This document shows, piece after piece, positions 26,586 to 35,572 of a DNA stretch of 36,028 nucleotides; the first letter of the stretch is position 1; every line of letters begins with the position of its first letter. The DNA comes from a virus. Its lineage: Duplodnaviria > Caudoviricetes. A model generated the notes under the pieces. The model did no database searches. It was not told the DNA's origin and worked only from the letters and a program-made list of their open reading frames with translations. The position numbers and the translations under genes are program-made. The DNA lies in the IMG/VR virus record IMGVR_UViG_3300017747_003325, positions 1 to 36,028 of that record; one strand, 5' to 3'.

Positions 26586-26968
26586 TGGACACGCTTCTAC
26601 CCGTACTCATCACGGCCGGCCTCGGCGCCGCCGTCGTCGGAACGATCCACGCGGTCGCCCATGCGATCCGCGTGCGCTCCGATGCCGTCAGCACCGCGGC
26701 AGCGGTGGAGCTCCAGCGCGAGAACACCGACCATGCTCTCGTCGTGGCGCTCGTGGCGCGCGTCGAGGCGGCCGAGGCCCGCGCGGCAGCAAGCGAGGCA
26801 CGCGCGTCGTCGCTCGAGGCGCGCGTGCACGTGCTCGAGGAAGAACGCGAGGCGACGCGGCGCGAGCTCGAAGAGTGCGAGCGTCGTTCAGATGCGATGC
26901 GGATCGAGATCCGCGACCTGTACCAGATCATCCAGAGCGTCACCCCGACGCAGGAGCGCAAGCGATGA
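26582..26968 (+). CDS. Membrane-anchored coiled-coil protein (lysis accessory candidate)
   Basis: N-terminal hydrophobic helix followed by a heptad-rich coiled coil. Confidence 0.6.
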   Translation: MMDTLLPVLITAGLGAAVVGTIHAVAHAIRVRSDAVSTAAAVELQRENTDHALVVALVARVEAAEARAAASEARASSLEARVHVLEEEREATRRELEECERRSDAMRIEIRDLYQIIQSVTPTQERKR

Positions 26969-27348
26969 AGATCGGCAAGATGGAGATCCAGCCCCTCACC
27001 CTCGGCGCGCTGATCGTGCTCGTGCTCGGCGGCGTGTTCGTGTGGTTCACCTCAAGCGAGCCGCACCGCGAGGAGATCCTTGTGGTCATGCTGCCCGTCG
27101 TAGGGACCATCCTCGCGAGCATGCCCGCGATGGTGAAGAAGGCCGCGCCGGTCCTGCTCGCGTGTGTCCTCGCGCCCGCGGTCGTCGGATGCGGTGGCCC
27201 GACAGCGGCCGGGATCGCGGGCGTGATCAGCGTGGCGAAGCCTGTCGCGGTCGGCATCTGCGAGGCCGCGCGGTCCACCACGAACGTCTGCGAACGACAC
27301 GGCGCGTACAGCGAGAGCAGCGGCGGCGAGACGCCCGCGCAGGAGTGA
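26965..27348 (+). CDS. Holin-like membrane protein with internal lipobox-like segment
   Basis: Two hydrophobic helices, then MVKKAAPVLLACVLAPAVVG-C. Confidence 0.6.
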   Translation: MKIGKMEIQPLTLGALIVLVLGGVFVWFTSSEPHREEILVVMLPVVGTILASMPAMVKKAAPVLLACVLAPAVVGCGGPTAAGIAGVISVAKPVAVGICEAARSTTNVCERHGAYSESSGGETPAQE

Positions 27349-27351
27349 GCG

Positions 27352-27672
27352 GTGCAGACGCTCAGATTCAAAAGGGGCGACACGTGGACGGTCACCGCTG
27401 ACGCGTTGAGCGGCGGCGTACCCGTCGATCTGTCGTCGGTCACCATCACGTCGCAGATCCGCGCCGAGCCCGACAGCGCCGTGATCGCGACGTGGACGAT
27501 CACTGAGAGCCCGACCGTGACCGGCCGGTACACGATGACGATCGCGGCAGCGACCACGGCGAGCATCGCGGCAGGCACGTACCTCTGCGATGTGCAGTAC
27601 GACTCGGGCGGCGTCATCTCAAGCACCGGAACCTTCGCCGTCGAGGTCTCCCTCGACATCACGCACGCATGA
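27352..27672 (+). CDS. Small Ig-like virion/fibre adaptor protein
   Basis: KRGDTW, VDLS, G.Y..DVQ pattern seen in phage fibre-attachment domains. Confidence 0.6.
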   Translation: MQTLRFKRGDTWTVTADALSGGVPVDLSSVTITSQIRAEPDSAVIATWTITESPTVTGRYTMTIAAATTASIAAGTYLCDVQYDSGGVISSTGTFAVEVSLDITHA

Positions 27673-28649
27673 TCAACACGCGGATCACACTCGACGGGAC
27701 CTCTACCCGCTTCATCGTCTCGTCACCGACGAGCGCGACGACGATCACGCCCACGGCCGGCGAGGCGTGGATCGAGGTGTCCGAGATCCCGCAAGTGCTC
27801 TTCCTCGACCGCGGCGCCACTGGGCCGCAGGGTGCGCCCGGCGCGCCGGGCGTCGGCGTGCCCGCTGGCGGCGCGACTGGGCAGGTGCTCGAGAAGGCCA
27901 GCGGCACGGACTACGACACCGCATGGGTCACGCCCTCGGGCGGCGCGGGGATCACGGAGCTCACTGGCGACGCCACGGCGGGCCCAGGCTCCGGCTCGCA
28001 GGCGGTCACCGTCGTGCAGGCACGCGGCCTCCGTGAGACCAGCGGGCCGACGACGCTCACCATGGGCGCCGTCGCCGACGGGCAGGCGCTCGCACGCAGC
28101 GGCGCTACGATCGTTGGCGTCTCAAGCATCGCGCCGAGCGGTGCCGCGGGCGGAGACCTCTCGGGCACGTACCCCAATCCGAGCGTCGTCAATGACTCGC
28201 ACGACCACACGCCGGGCGTGTCGATCCCCTCCTACCCCACGGCGCTCCCTCCCAGCGGCGCCGCAGGCGGCGATCTCGGAGGCAGCTACCCGAACCCCAC
28301 GGTCACGCAAGCGCGCGGCCTGCGCGAGACGTCGGGGCCCACGACGCTCGTCGTCGGCGCGATCGCCGATGGAGAGTACGCGCGGCGCGTGGGTGCAACG
28401 CTCGTGGGCGGCACGCCGAGCGGCGGCATCACGGAGCTCGACGTGGACGTTCTCGCGGGCCCTGGGAGCGGCGCCGCGTCGGCAACCGTGGTCGGCCTGC
28501 GCGGCGTTGTCATCGCCGCGAGCGCGTCGAGCCCGACGGACGGCGACGTCCTCACGTACGACTCTGTCAACGGCTGGGAAGCCGTGCCGCCCGCGTCGAG
28601 CGGCCTCAACGACCGCGCGGTCAAGCTGCGCGTCCTCGCTCTCTCGTGA
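27669..28649 (+). CDS. Tail fibre-like protein with collagen-like stretch and internal repeats
   Basis: GATGPQGAPGAPG, GVPAGGATGQVLEKAS..DYDT.W, AGGDL.G.YPNP x2, HxH. Confidence 0.75.
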   Translation: MINTRITLDGTSTRFIVSSPTSATTITPTAGEAWIEVSEIPQVLFLDRGATGPQGAPGAPGVGVPAGGATGQVLEKASGTDYDTAWVTPSGGAGITELTGDATAGPGSGSQAVTVVQARGLRETSGPTTLTMGAVADGQALARSGATIVGVSSIAPSGAAGGDLSGTYPNPSVVNDSHDHTPGVSIPSYPTALPPSGAAGGDLGGSYPNPTVTQARGLRETSGPTTLVVGAIADGEYARRVGATLVGGTPSGGITELDVDVLAGPGSGAASATVVGLRGVVIAASASSPTDGDVLTYDSVNGWEAVPPASSGLNDRAVKLRVLALS

Positions 28650-28661
28650 TGAGGTGCTCTC

Positions 28662-29867
28662 GTGATCATCGGCAACGGCTCGTCACTCGTCATGCTCGCG
28701 ATCTCCGGATCCGGGATCGTCTACTGGTCCAGCAGCTACAGCGACTCCGGCAGCGCCGTCACGCTCACGGCCGAGGCCGTGGGTACGAGCGCCGGCAGTG
28801 ACGTCACGCTCATCGCCGACCCCGGCGCGGTCGGTGCGGCGAAGCGAGTCGCGGAGATCTGGCTTCGCAACGACGCGGGTGTGACGCAGACGATCCAGCT
28901 CAGCGTTCGCACCGCGGGCCCGACGGATAACGTCGTGCTCTCGTGCCTTCTTCGCGACGGCGACACGCTGCGATGGGGCCAGGATCAGCCGACACCGCTC
29001 ATCACGAGCGCGAACGGAGTTCCTCGCGGCATCGAGAGCAACGCCGAATCGTCGTGCACGCTCCCGTTCTACAAGAGCGGCACGGCGGCCGAGGCGGCGG
29101 GAAACTGGTACTGCACCGCGAAGGATGCGGGTGTCCCAGGCGCGATCACGGTCGGCACGCCTGGCCTCTCGGGGCGCGCGGTGACGGGCTCGCCTCCGAC
29201 GCCGGAGCCCGGATCGATCTGGCTGTCGGCGCCGATCGGTCAGTGGCACATGACGTATGCGAGCGCGGTCTCGAGCACCGTGCACGCAAACCTCTTCTTC
29301 GATCTTCTGTGGATCAACTCCGGGATCGTCGTCACGACGACGACGGCGCAGACGATCAACAGCGTGACCCTCCCGTCGCGGTCGGTCGACGGCTCCACGA
29401 ACGGGCGCGGATGCTGGATCGGAATGCTCGTCACGACCGCGACCACGAACGCCGCGGCGATCGCCAACTCCACGATCAGCTACACGAACAGCAACGGCAC
29501 GGCCGGACAGACGGCGACGCTCGTCGCGGTCGGCGGCTCGCAGATCCCAGCGACGGCCGTGGTAGGCACGCTCGTGTGGTTCTCGCTCGCGGCGGGTGAC
29601 AGCGGCGTGCGGTCGATCCAGTCAATCACGCTCGGCACGTCGCTCGTGACCGGGGCGGTCTCGCTCATCATCGCGCGCCCGCTCATCATCCCGCCGTCGT
29701 CGGCGCCGAACCTCGCGGGCTCTGCGATGATCAGCAACACCACGCTTCCGAGCGCCGACCCTGGGATCTGCGTGTGGCAGGACCCCGCGATCTTCCACTG
29801 CTACCAGGCGAGCGCGACGACGGCTTCGACGGTGGCGGGCAACCTCGTCTTCGTGGATCGCGCATGA
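28662..29867 (+). CDS. Putative tail/receptor-binding structural protein (401 aa)
   Basis: GAGG RBS; Ser/Thr/Gly beta-rich; located among fibre genes. Confidence 0.6.
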   Translation: MIIGNGSSLVMLAISGSGIVYWSSSYSDSGSAVTLTAEAVGTSAGSDVTLIADPGAVGAAKRVAEIWLRNDAGVTQTIQLSVRTAGPTDNVVLSCLLRDGDTLRWGQDQPTPLITSANGVPRGIESNAESSCTLPFYKSGTAAEAAGNWYCTAKDAGVPGAITVGTPGLSGRAVTGSPPTPEPGSIWLSAPIGQWHMTYASAVSSTVHANLFFDLLWINSGIVVTTTTAQTINSVTLPSRSVDGSTNGRGCWIGMLVTTATTNAAAIANSTISYTNSNGTAGQTATLVAVGGSQIPATAVVGTLVWFSLAAGDSGVRSIQSITLGTSLVTGAVSLIIARPLIIPPSSAPNLAGSAMISNTTLPSADPGICVWQDPAIFHCYQASATTASTVAGNLVFVDRA

Positions 29868-30538
29868 CCATCGCTCACGGGATCGTCTTCAACGGCACCG
29901 TGGTGCCCGGCACAGAGCGCGTGATCCGCGACTCGTCGGCGTGGTGGGACGGCACGACGCACGACACGCGCTCGCGGCAGATGCGCGCGATCCGCACCGT
30001 GCGCGGGCACTGGAGCGGAGGCACGTACCGCGAGGGGCCGAGCGCGGGTGAGATCTTCGTGCGCTACATGAACGCGCGCGAGAACAAGGAAGGCGACGAC
30101 CTGCACGTGAGCGTGCACCACTCGATCTCGGCGGACGGCCTCATCTGGCAGCACGCCGATCACGCGATCGGGTGCGTGGACGTCGGGCACCGTCCCGCGA
30201 TCCTCACCGGGGTCAGCGTCGAGGTCATGTGGCCGGGCACGCTGCGCCAGGCCGCGAAGCTCGGAGCGATCGGCAGGCCGTTTATCACGAGGACGTGGGA
30301 CGGCGCGCGCGTCGACTGCGTGAAGCCGACCGACGAGCAGATCGGGGCGTGGCGGTGGCTCGTGGAGACGGTGTGCCGCATCCACGACCTACCGAAGAAG
30401 TGCGCGCCGCTGCGCCGCATGAACGCGCGCGAGCTCGGCGCGTTCCGTGGCGTCTGCGAGCATGGAAACATGCCGGGCACGACGAAGATCGACGCGTGCG
30501 GGCTGCTCATGGAGGCGACGGGATACCCTCACGTGTGA
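29864..30538 (+). CDS. Endolysin, N-acetylmuramoyl-L-alanine amidase (amidase_2-like)
   Basis: GHWSGG, SVHHSISADGLIWQ, SVE, EHG...KID zinc-amidase pattern; last gene of the late arm. Confidence 0.75.
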   Translation: MTIAHGIVFNGTVVPGTERVIRDSSAWWDGTTHDTRSRQMRAIRTVRGHWSGGTYREGPSAGEIFVRYMNARENKEGDDLHVSVHHSISADGLIWQHADHAIGCVDVGHRPAILTGVSVEVMWPGTLRQAAKLGAIGRPFITRTWDGARVDCVKPTDEQIGAWRWLVETVCRIHDLPKKCAPLRRMNARELGAFRGVCEHGNMPGTTKIDACGLLMEATGYPHV

Positions 30539-30549
30539 GCGCCAAGCGG

Positions 30550-30732
30550 TCACCATGTCATACCACGCCCGCCGATGCGGCGCGGCCACGGCCACCCGCG
30601 CGCCCATCGGCGCAGCTCGGCCGTCGTCCACTCGCGGCGCTTGCCAGGTCCGCGATGCAGCATGTCGCGACGCACCTCTCGCGCCCACGCGTTCGCCTTG
30701 CGCCGGATACGCTGCGCCTTGCGGCGGGTCAC
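30550..30732 (-). CDS. Hypothetical basic protein (60 aa)
   Basis: GTGA coupling with the upstream minus-strand gene; Arg/Trp-rich. Confidence 0.45.
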   Translation of the reverse strand: MTRRKAQRIRRKANAWAREVRRDMLHRGPGKRREWTTAELRRWARGWPWPRRIGGRGMTW

Positions 30733-31250
30733 GACTCGCCCTCGATGCGCTCGAGGAGCGCGGCCAGCCTCGCGTGTGCTGGGTCGCGCGAGACGATCTC
30801 GGGGTCGAGGCACGCGCGGGCATGCGTGATGAGGTCGCGCAGGTCGCGGCCCGCAAACTCGATGCGCTCGCGCACGTTGGCCTCGTTGCCTTCCGCGTCG
30901 CAGACGTATTCCGGCAAGTGCTCTTCCACGTCGCTCTCCTGCTCGCAGTGCACGTCTCGCTGGCGCTCCATGCGCGCCGCGCCAGCATCGGACGCCTTCT
31001 CCGCTCGCGCGTGCGCCGCGTCTCGCTCGACCTCGGCGCGCTTGCGTCGCTCGCGCTGCTCGTCGGCCTCTCGCTCCGCGCCTTCGAGCTCGCGCTCCGC
31101 GGTCTCCGCTCGCTCGCGCAACACCTCGATCGACTCGCCACGCTCCCGTCGCTCGGCCTCCTCGCGCATCGCCGTGAGAAGCGGCAGCGTCAGGCGCACG
31201 CGGCCGTCGGGCGCGATGGCGGCGCGGAGGGCTTCGTATAGGTCGGTCAT
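30729..31250 (-). CDS. Hypothetical coiled-coil protein (173 aa)
   Basis: GGAGG RBS, ATGA coupling. Confidence 0.7.
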   Translation of the reverse strand: MTDLYEALRAAIAPDGRVRLTLPLLTAMREEAERRERGESIEVLRERAETAERELEGAEREADEQRERRKRAEVERDAAHARAEKASDAGAARMERQRDVHCEQESDVEEHLPEYVCDAEGNEANVRERIEFAGRDLRDLITHARACLDPEIVSRDPAHARLAALLERIEGES

Positions 31251-31492
31251 CGCTTGCCTCCGCGCAGCGGGCACCACGATGGCGGCGGCAACGCGCAACC
31301 GTCGATCTCGTGCTCAGTGTGCGCCTTCGGGTGCGTGCACACCTCGGACGGATGGCACCACCGGCACTCCCCGCACGTCCGCAGCACGGGCAGCGCGCGC
31401 ACCTCCGCGGCGAGTGCCCGCACTTCGTCGCGACGCGAGTCGCCAGCATCGAACGCGAACACGATCGCCTCGATCCGATCTGCGAGCGTCAT
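31247..31492 (-). CDS. Small Cys-rich protein, paralog A
   Basis: VRALPVLRTCGECRW...C...PPPSWCPLRGGKR. Confidence 0.7.
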   Translation of the reverse strand: MTLADRIEAIVFAFDAGDSRRDEVRALAAEVRALPVLRTCGECRWCHPSEVCTHPKAHTEHEIDGCALPPPSWCPLRGGKR

Positions 31493-31737
31493 CGCTTGCC
31501 TCGCAGTTCGCACCACGACGGCGGTGCGAGCGACAGGTCGACCTCACGCGCCTTGCTCTTGCGGCACACGCGGATCACGGCTTTTGTCCGCGACAGCGCC
31601 GACGTTTGCCAGCCGCAGTCACCGCATGTCGGGATGACGGGCAGCGCGCGCACCGCGTCCGCGTAGGTCGGCAGCTTGATGCGTTCGAGGTTCGCTGCGA
31701 TCGCGGCGCGATGGTCGTGCTCCGTGGGCGTCGTCAT
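31489..31737 (-). CDS. Small Cys-rich protein, paralog B
   Basis: VRALPVIPTCGDCGW...C...APPSWCELRGKR. Confidence 0.7.
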   Translation of the reverse strand: MTTPTEHDHRAAIAANLERIKLPTYADAVRALPVIPTCGDCGWQTSALSRTKAVIRVCRKSKAREVDLSLAPPSWCELRGKR

Positions 31738-32081
31738 CGTCGCACCTCCGGCCACAGCGCGTCAGCGACGCGGCACACCACGCACACGTCGCAGTCCTCG
31801 TCGTGGGCCTCGTGCAACCTCGTGTGGTCGCACGCGCAGTCACAGCCGACGTCCTCGAGCACGCGCTCCACGTCGAGCACGCGGTCGATCTCGGCGAGCA
31901 GATCGCGCACCGCCGCTTCGTAGCCGACGCGTGCCTTCGTGGCCTGCCGCGTCGCCTCGTCGAGCGCCTCGAGCAGCGCAGCCTCGCGCCGCTCGTCGCT
32001 GTCGATGTGCTCGCCTCGCGCTCGCGCTGCCGCGCGCTGTGCGACGTAGGCGCGGATGTCTGCCAGTTCTTCGCTCGTCAT
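31734..32081 (-). CDS. Hypothetical protein with Cys/His-rich C-terminus (115 aa)
   Basis: GGAGG RBS; CDCACDH...H..DCDVCVVC. Confidence 0.7.
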   Translation of the reverse strand: MTSEELADIRAYVAQRAAARARGEHIDSDERREAALLEALDEATRQATKARVGYEAAVRDLLAEIDRVLDVERVLEDVGCDCACDHTRLHEAHDEDCDVCVVCRVADALWPEVRR

Positions 32082-32141
32082 CGTCTCACCTCCGCTCGTG
32101 CCCGCGCTGAGCTCGACGCCGTGCCGCTCGCCTCCCGTGGC

Positions 32142-32288
32142 TCACCGGATCGCCCGGTGCCGTGGTGCCGTGGAGGGTCGTGGCTGCGGTGCTGTCGAGC
32201 GCAGCGCGCGGACGATAGGTCCGGCGTCGCGGCGCGCTGTAAGGATCGGGCCCGGTGCCCGCGCGCCGCGACGTCGAGCCCGCGTCAT
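32142..32288 (-). CDS. Possible short basic ORF (48 aa)
   Basis: ATGA overlap with the RecT stop; low complexity, weak support. Confidence 0.25.
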   Translation of the reverse strand: MTRARRRGARAPGPILTARRDAGPIVRALRSTAPQPRPSTAPRHRAIR

Positions 32289-33106
32289 GCGGGCGCAGTC
32301 TCCGGGGCCTCGACGACCTCGCCCGTCTCGACGTCGTACGTCGGCGCGGGAAGCGAGAGGCCGGCCGAGCCCTCGAGGATCTCGCGCACGTCGTTCGTGA
32401 TCGCGCGCGTCGTCGCGATCCCGCGCTCGTCGGCATCCTCGATCTGCGAGGCCGCGGCCATCTCGGCGCTCTTCGGGAGGAGCTTGTAGAGGCGACGGAT
32501 CGCCGTTTTGCGCGCCATCTCATCGAAGTGCGACGACCACGGGCCCTTCCCCGCGCCCATCTTGCGCGCGGCGTCGATCTCGCGGCGCGTCACGACGCGG
32601 CGGATCTTGCTGCCGTCGTCGAGCGTCGCGATCGCGTACGCGTATCGCACCTCGCCAGGGTCGGCGGACATCGCTGGCACGTGCTCGATCTTCTCGTCGT
32701 CGCCGAGCGTGTAGACGAAGTGGTCGGCCGCGTACACGACGTGAGCGGTGATGCTGCGCACCATGCCCGAGCGGCGCGCGAGGTCGAGCATGCCCTGATA
32801 TCCGATCTGGAGCGTGCACTGCCCGCCGCGCGGGATGAGGAACGCGTGTTGGAGCGTCGTGTTGGGCTCCAAGCCCAGCTGCGCGCTCTGAAGCAAGCAC
32901 GCCATGAACGAGAGTGGGTCGCATGCCTGCAGGTCGCGGTTGCCACGCAGCGCCGTAAGCGCGACGCGAGCGAAGCGGTCGGGCTTCACGTGCGTGGGCA
33001 GAGCCTGCTTGATCGCGGCCTCGCTGCGCTTCAGCAGCGCGAAGCAGTCGCTCTTCTCCGGCGCGTTGCCCTTCACGATCTCGCCGTTGCTCTTCGTCGT
33101 CGTCAT
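32285..33106 (-). CDS. recT: RecT-family single-strand annealing recombinase
   Basis: ALPTH...RF.R.AL, AQLGLEP, QIGYQGMLDLARRSG, PW..HFDEMARKTAIRRL.K.LPKS. Confidence 0.95.
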   Translation of the reverse strand: MTTTKSNGEIVKGNAPEKSDCFALLKRSEAAIKQALPTHVKPDRFARVALTALRGNRDLQACDPLSFMACLLQSAQLGLEPNTTLQHAFLIPRGGQCTLQIGYQGMLDLARRSGMVRSITAHVVYAADHFVYTLGDDEKIEHVPAMSADPGEVRYAYAIATLDDGSKIRRVVTRREIDAARKMGAGKGPWSSHFDEMARKTAIRRLYKLLPKSAEMAAASQIEDADERGIATTRAITNDVREILEGSAGLSLPAPTYDVETGEVVEAPETAPA

Positions 33107-34104
33107 CGGATCTCCTCTTCCTTCCGCCGCAGCACGCGGCGCCCGTCGCGCTGGGTCGTCCAGCTGTACACCGTGCCATCGTCGAGCCGCGCCCTCGCGG
33201 CCGAGCCCATCGCGCGCTTGATCCGCGCGTCGAGGTCTTCCTTCTCCTGACGCGCGCACTGCGCCACGACTGACGCCTCGCAGCGGTGCACGTCGAGTGC
33301 GGTCCACTCGACGCCGCTGAGCTCGATCTCGCGGTCCTCCTCGCGAGGGAAGATCGACGCGAGCGCGTCGTGGTCGCGCGTCGGCGGCGGGTCGAACCGC
33401 TGGACACGATCCCACAGATCCGCGCCGGCTCGCACGAGGCGACGGATCGCGGCCTCGTCGCGATTGACGTCGCACCACACGAGGCGCGAGCCCCCGAGCA
33501 GGCACACGATCGACGCGCGCGCCGCGCCAGTGACGAGCATCTGATGTTGCAGCTGCCACACGTACGCGGGCGGCGGACCGTCATCCCACTGGTACCCGTA
33601 GCGATCGGAGTCGGTCTTGACCTCAAGCGGGATCGCCGCGCCGGATGTGCCGCCTGGATATGTCCACGCGTCGAGAGTGCAGATCGCCCATGGGTGCACG
33701 AGCGAGCGCAGCAAGCGCCCGTCGCGGTGCGCGATGCGGTTCGCGTAGCGCGGCGACGCGTACGCCTCGACGATGACGGGCTCGAGCCGGTGGCCCCACT
33801 CCATCCACTCGGCCTGATCCTCGCGCGACGGGCGCACCTTGCGGGCGTAGACGGTGCCCGCGTCGGCGCGATGGTCCTCGCCCATGACGGCCGCAGCCTC
33901 GCTCGCGCCGATGCCAGAGCGGCGAGCCTCGAGCCACTGCGCGCGGTCGTCGGACGATGCGCCCGTGTCCACCCATGGCGCGGCGTGGTCCTCTACGAGC
34001 GTCGGCGACGGCACGTCACGCCACGTCGTGAGCGACTCGGGCTCGAGCGGCGGCGCGGACTGCCACGCGGACACGTCGAGCATTGCGAGATCGAGGTCAT
34101 CCAT
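33103..34104 (-). CDS. YqaJ-like (lambda-exonuclease family) recombinase exonuclease
   Basis: WLEARRSGIGASEAAAVMG, WGHRLEP, TLD, LEVKT, YVWQLQHQMLVTG; adjacent to recT. Confidence 0.92.
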   Translation of the reverse strand: MDDLDLAMLDVSAWQSAPPLEPESLTTWRDVPSPTLVEDHAAPWVDTGASSDDRAQWLEARRSGIGASEAAAVMGEDHRADAGTVYARKVRPSREDQAEWMEWGHRLEPVIVEAYASPRYANRIAHRDGRLLRSLVHPWAICTLDAWTYPGGTSGAAIPLEVKTDSDRYGYQWDDGPPPAYVWQLQHQMLVTGAARASIVCLLGGSRLVWCDVNRDEAAIRRLVRAGADLWDRVQRFDPPPTRDHDALASIFPREEDREIELSGVEWTALDVHRCEASVVAQCARQEKEDLDARIKRAMGSAARARLDDGTVYSWTTQRDGRRVLRRKEEEIR

Positions 34105-34246
34105 CGTCGTCCTCGTCGTCTTCATCCCACCCGTACAGCGGCTCTTCGCGCGGCCCGTCGTCAAGCGGCACCACGTCTCCCGCGTCGTCGTAGCAGTACC
34201 GAGCGCGCCCGTTGCGGTGCGGCGTCCACGGCGTCTTTTCGTTCAC
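34097..34246 (-). CDS. Hypothetical acidic protein (49 aa)
   Basis: GGAGG RBS, GTGA coupling, acidic tail. Confidence 0.5.
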   Translation of the reverse strand: MNEKTPWTPHRNGRARYCYDDAGDVVPLDDGPREEPLYGWDEDDEDDDG

Positions 34247-34473
34247 GACGCGGCCTCCTCGAGCTTCGCGCACAGCGCCACGCACGCCGCGGCCAGCGTC
34301 TCCGCGCGCTCCATGTAGAGAACGCCGTCTCGGACCGCGCTCACGTTCCACAGCGGCGTTGCGGGGCCCCACGGGCCATCTGCGCGCCTCGGCAGCAACA
34401 CCTGAAGGTCGCGCGCCTCGCAGCGCACGAGCACCTCGGCCAGCTTATCGATCGTGATCGTCTCTTCGGTCAT
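34243..34473 (-). CDS. Hypothetical protein (76 aa), first gene of the leftward arm
   Basis: GAGGTG RBS; directly downstream of the TTGACA promoter. Confidence 0.7.
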   Translation of the reverse strand: MTEETITIDKLAEVLVRCEARDLQVLLPRRADGPWGPATPLWNVSAVRDGVLYMERAETLAAACVALCAKLEEAAS

Positions 34474-34491
34474 CGTCTCACCTCGGCGCCT

Positions 34492-34520
34492 ATGCTGGAC
34501 CACCCGCCCCGCTATGTCAA
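34492..34520 (-). promoter_or_regulatory. Leftward sigma70-like promoter
   Basis: On the minus strand: TTGACA-N17-CAGCAT. Confidence 0.7.
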
Positions 34521-34551
34521 GCGCGGTCGGTCGAAAAGAATCCGCTGGCGC

Positions 34552-34565
34552 GAGTCGGCCGACTC
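34552..34565. promoter_or_regulatory. 14-bp palindrome, operator candidate
   Basis: GAGTCGGCCGACTC is a perfect palindrome 16 bp upstream of the HTH gene start. Confidence 0.5.
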
Positions 34566-34581
34566 TGCTAGCACTCGGCCC

Positions 34582-34815
34582 ATGACCATCGGACATCGGA
34601 TCGAGCAAGCACGAAAGGCGGCGGGCCTCTCCCGTCATCGTCTCGGCGTCGCGTGCGACGTGACGCCGGACACCATCGCGTCGTGGGAGGCTGGCCGCGT
34701 CGAGCCGCGCGCGTCGGCGATCACGAGCATCGCGGAGCGGTGCGGCTGCGCGGCGTCGTGGCTGCTCACGGGCGAGGGGCAGGGACCGCGCATCCCGAGC
34801 GGGGTGGCGTCGTGA
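34582..34815 (+). CDS. XRE/Cro-like HTH transcriptional regulator (77 aa)
   Basis: IGHRIEQARKAAGLSRHRLG...TIASWEAGRVEP...WLLTGEG; no obvious SD, possibly leaderless. Confidence 0.9.
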   Translation: MTIGHRIEQARKAAGLSRHRLGVACDVTPDTIASWEAGRVEPRASAITSIAERCGCAASWLLTGEGQGPRIPSGVAS

Positions 34816-35174
34816 CCGGTCCCGAGTGGCAGGCCGAACTCGTGCGGCTCGCGATGGAGGCGCTTGAGCGCGCCGAGCAGGACGCGTGCAGCGTCTCGCA
34901 GGCGTACAGGGCACGCCTGAACGAGCGCATGGCGCAGGCCGCGCAGGCCATCGTGATCGAGATCGACGAGGCGCACACCGTCGGCGATCGCGCCCGAGTC
35001 GACCGCATCGACGCCACGGCGCGCGAGGTGTTTCGGGTGCTCATGGAGCAGCCGGTTGCCGCTCGCATCGACACGGCCGCTCTCTCGCAAGCCTACGGGC
35101 AAGCGGCGTATGCGTGCGCCGAGAAGCTCGAGGAAGCGCGCGCCGAGTGGCTCGCGAAGCGGGGGCAACGATGA
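34812..35174 (+). CDS. Hypothetical helical protein (120 aa)
   Basis: GTGA coupling to the HTH gene. Confidence 0.65.
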   Translation: MTGPEWQAELVRLAMEALERAEQDACSVSQAYRARLNERMAQAAQAIVIEIDEAHTVGDRARVDRIDATAREVFRVLMEQPVAARIDTAALSQAYGQAAYACAEKLEEARAEWLAKRGQR

Positions 35175-35572
35175 TGGTCTACCTGGCAGGACCGAGCGCG
35201 GAACTTCCGCGCGTGCGCGAGGCAGCGGCGCAGATCGAAGCGGCAGGCCACGTCATCACCGGACGATGGTGGGAGAAGGTCGCGGACGGCGGCGTGTGCG
35301 CCAGCGACACCGACCACCCGGAGCCGATCCTCGCGGCGGCGGCGGATCGGAACGCCCGTGGGATCGACACGGCAGACGTCGTGATCGCGCTGTGCCGCGA
35401 GGCGGGCGGGCTGTCTCCTGGCGTCGCGCACGAGGTCGGATACGCGCAGGGGATCTGCACCAGCGTCGTCTTCGTGGGCAACGCGAGCGGGCACCTTGCG
35501 CCGCGGTGGCCGCTTGGCGGCGACGTTGCGGAGACCGTCGCGGGCGCGCTCGCGATCCTGGGTGCGCTGTGA
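35171..35572 (+). CDS. Nucleoside 2-deoxyribosyltransferase (NDT)-like protein
   Basis: VYLAGP, GIDTADVVIAL, SPGVAHEVGYA motifs. Confidence 0.8.
   Translation: MMVYLAGPSAELPRVREAAAQIEAAGHVITGRWWEKVADGGVCASDTDHPEPILAAAADRNARGIDTADVVIALCREAGGLSPGVAHEVGYAQGICTSVVFVGNASGHLAPRWPLGGDVAETVAGALAILGAL

Noticed and set aside
27669-29867. Diversity-generating retroelement acting on the fibre genes
   Set aside because: No reverse transcriptase; the repeat differences are synonymous rather than adenine-specific.
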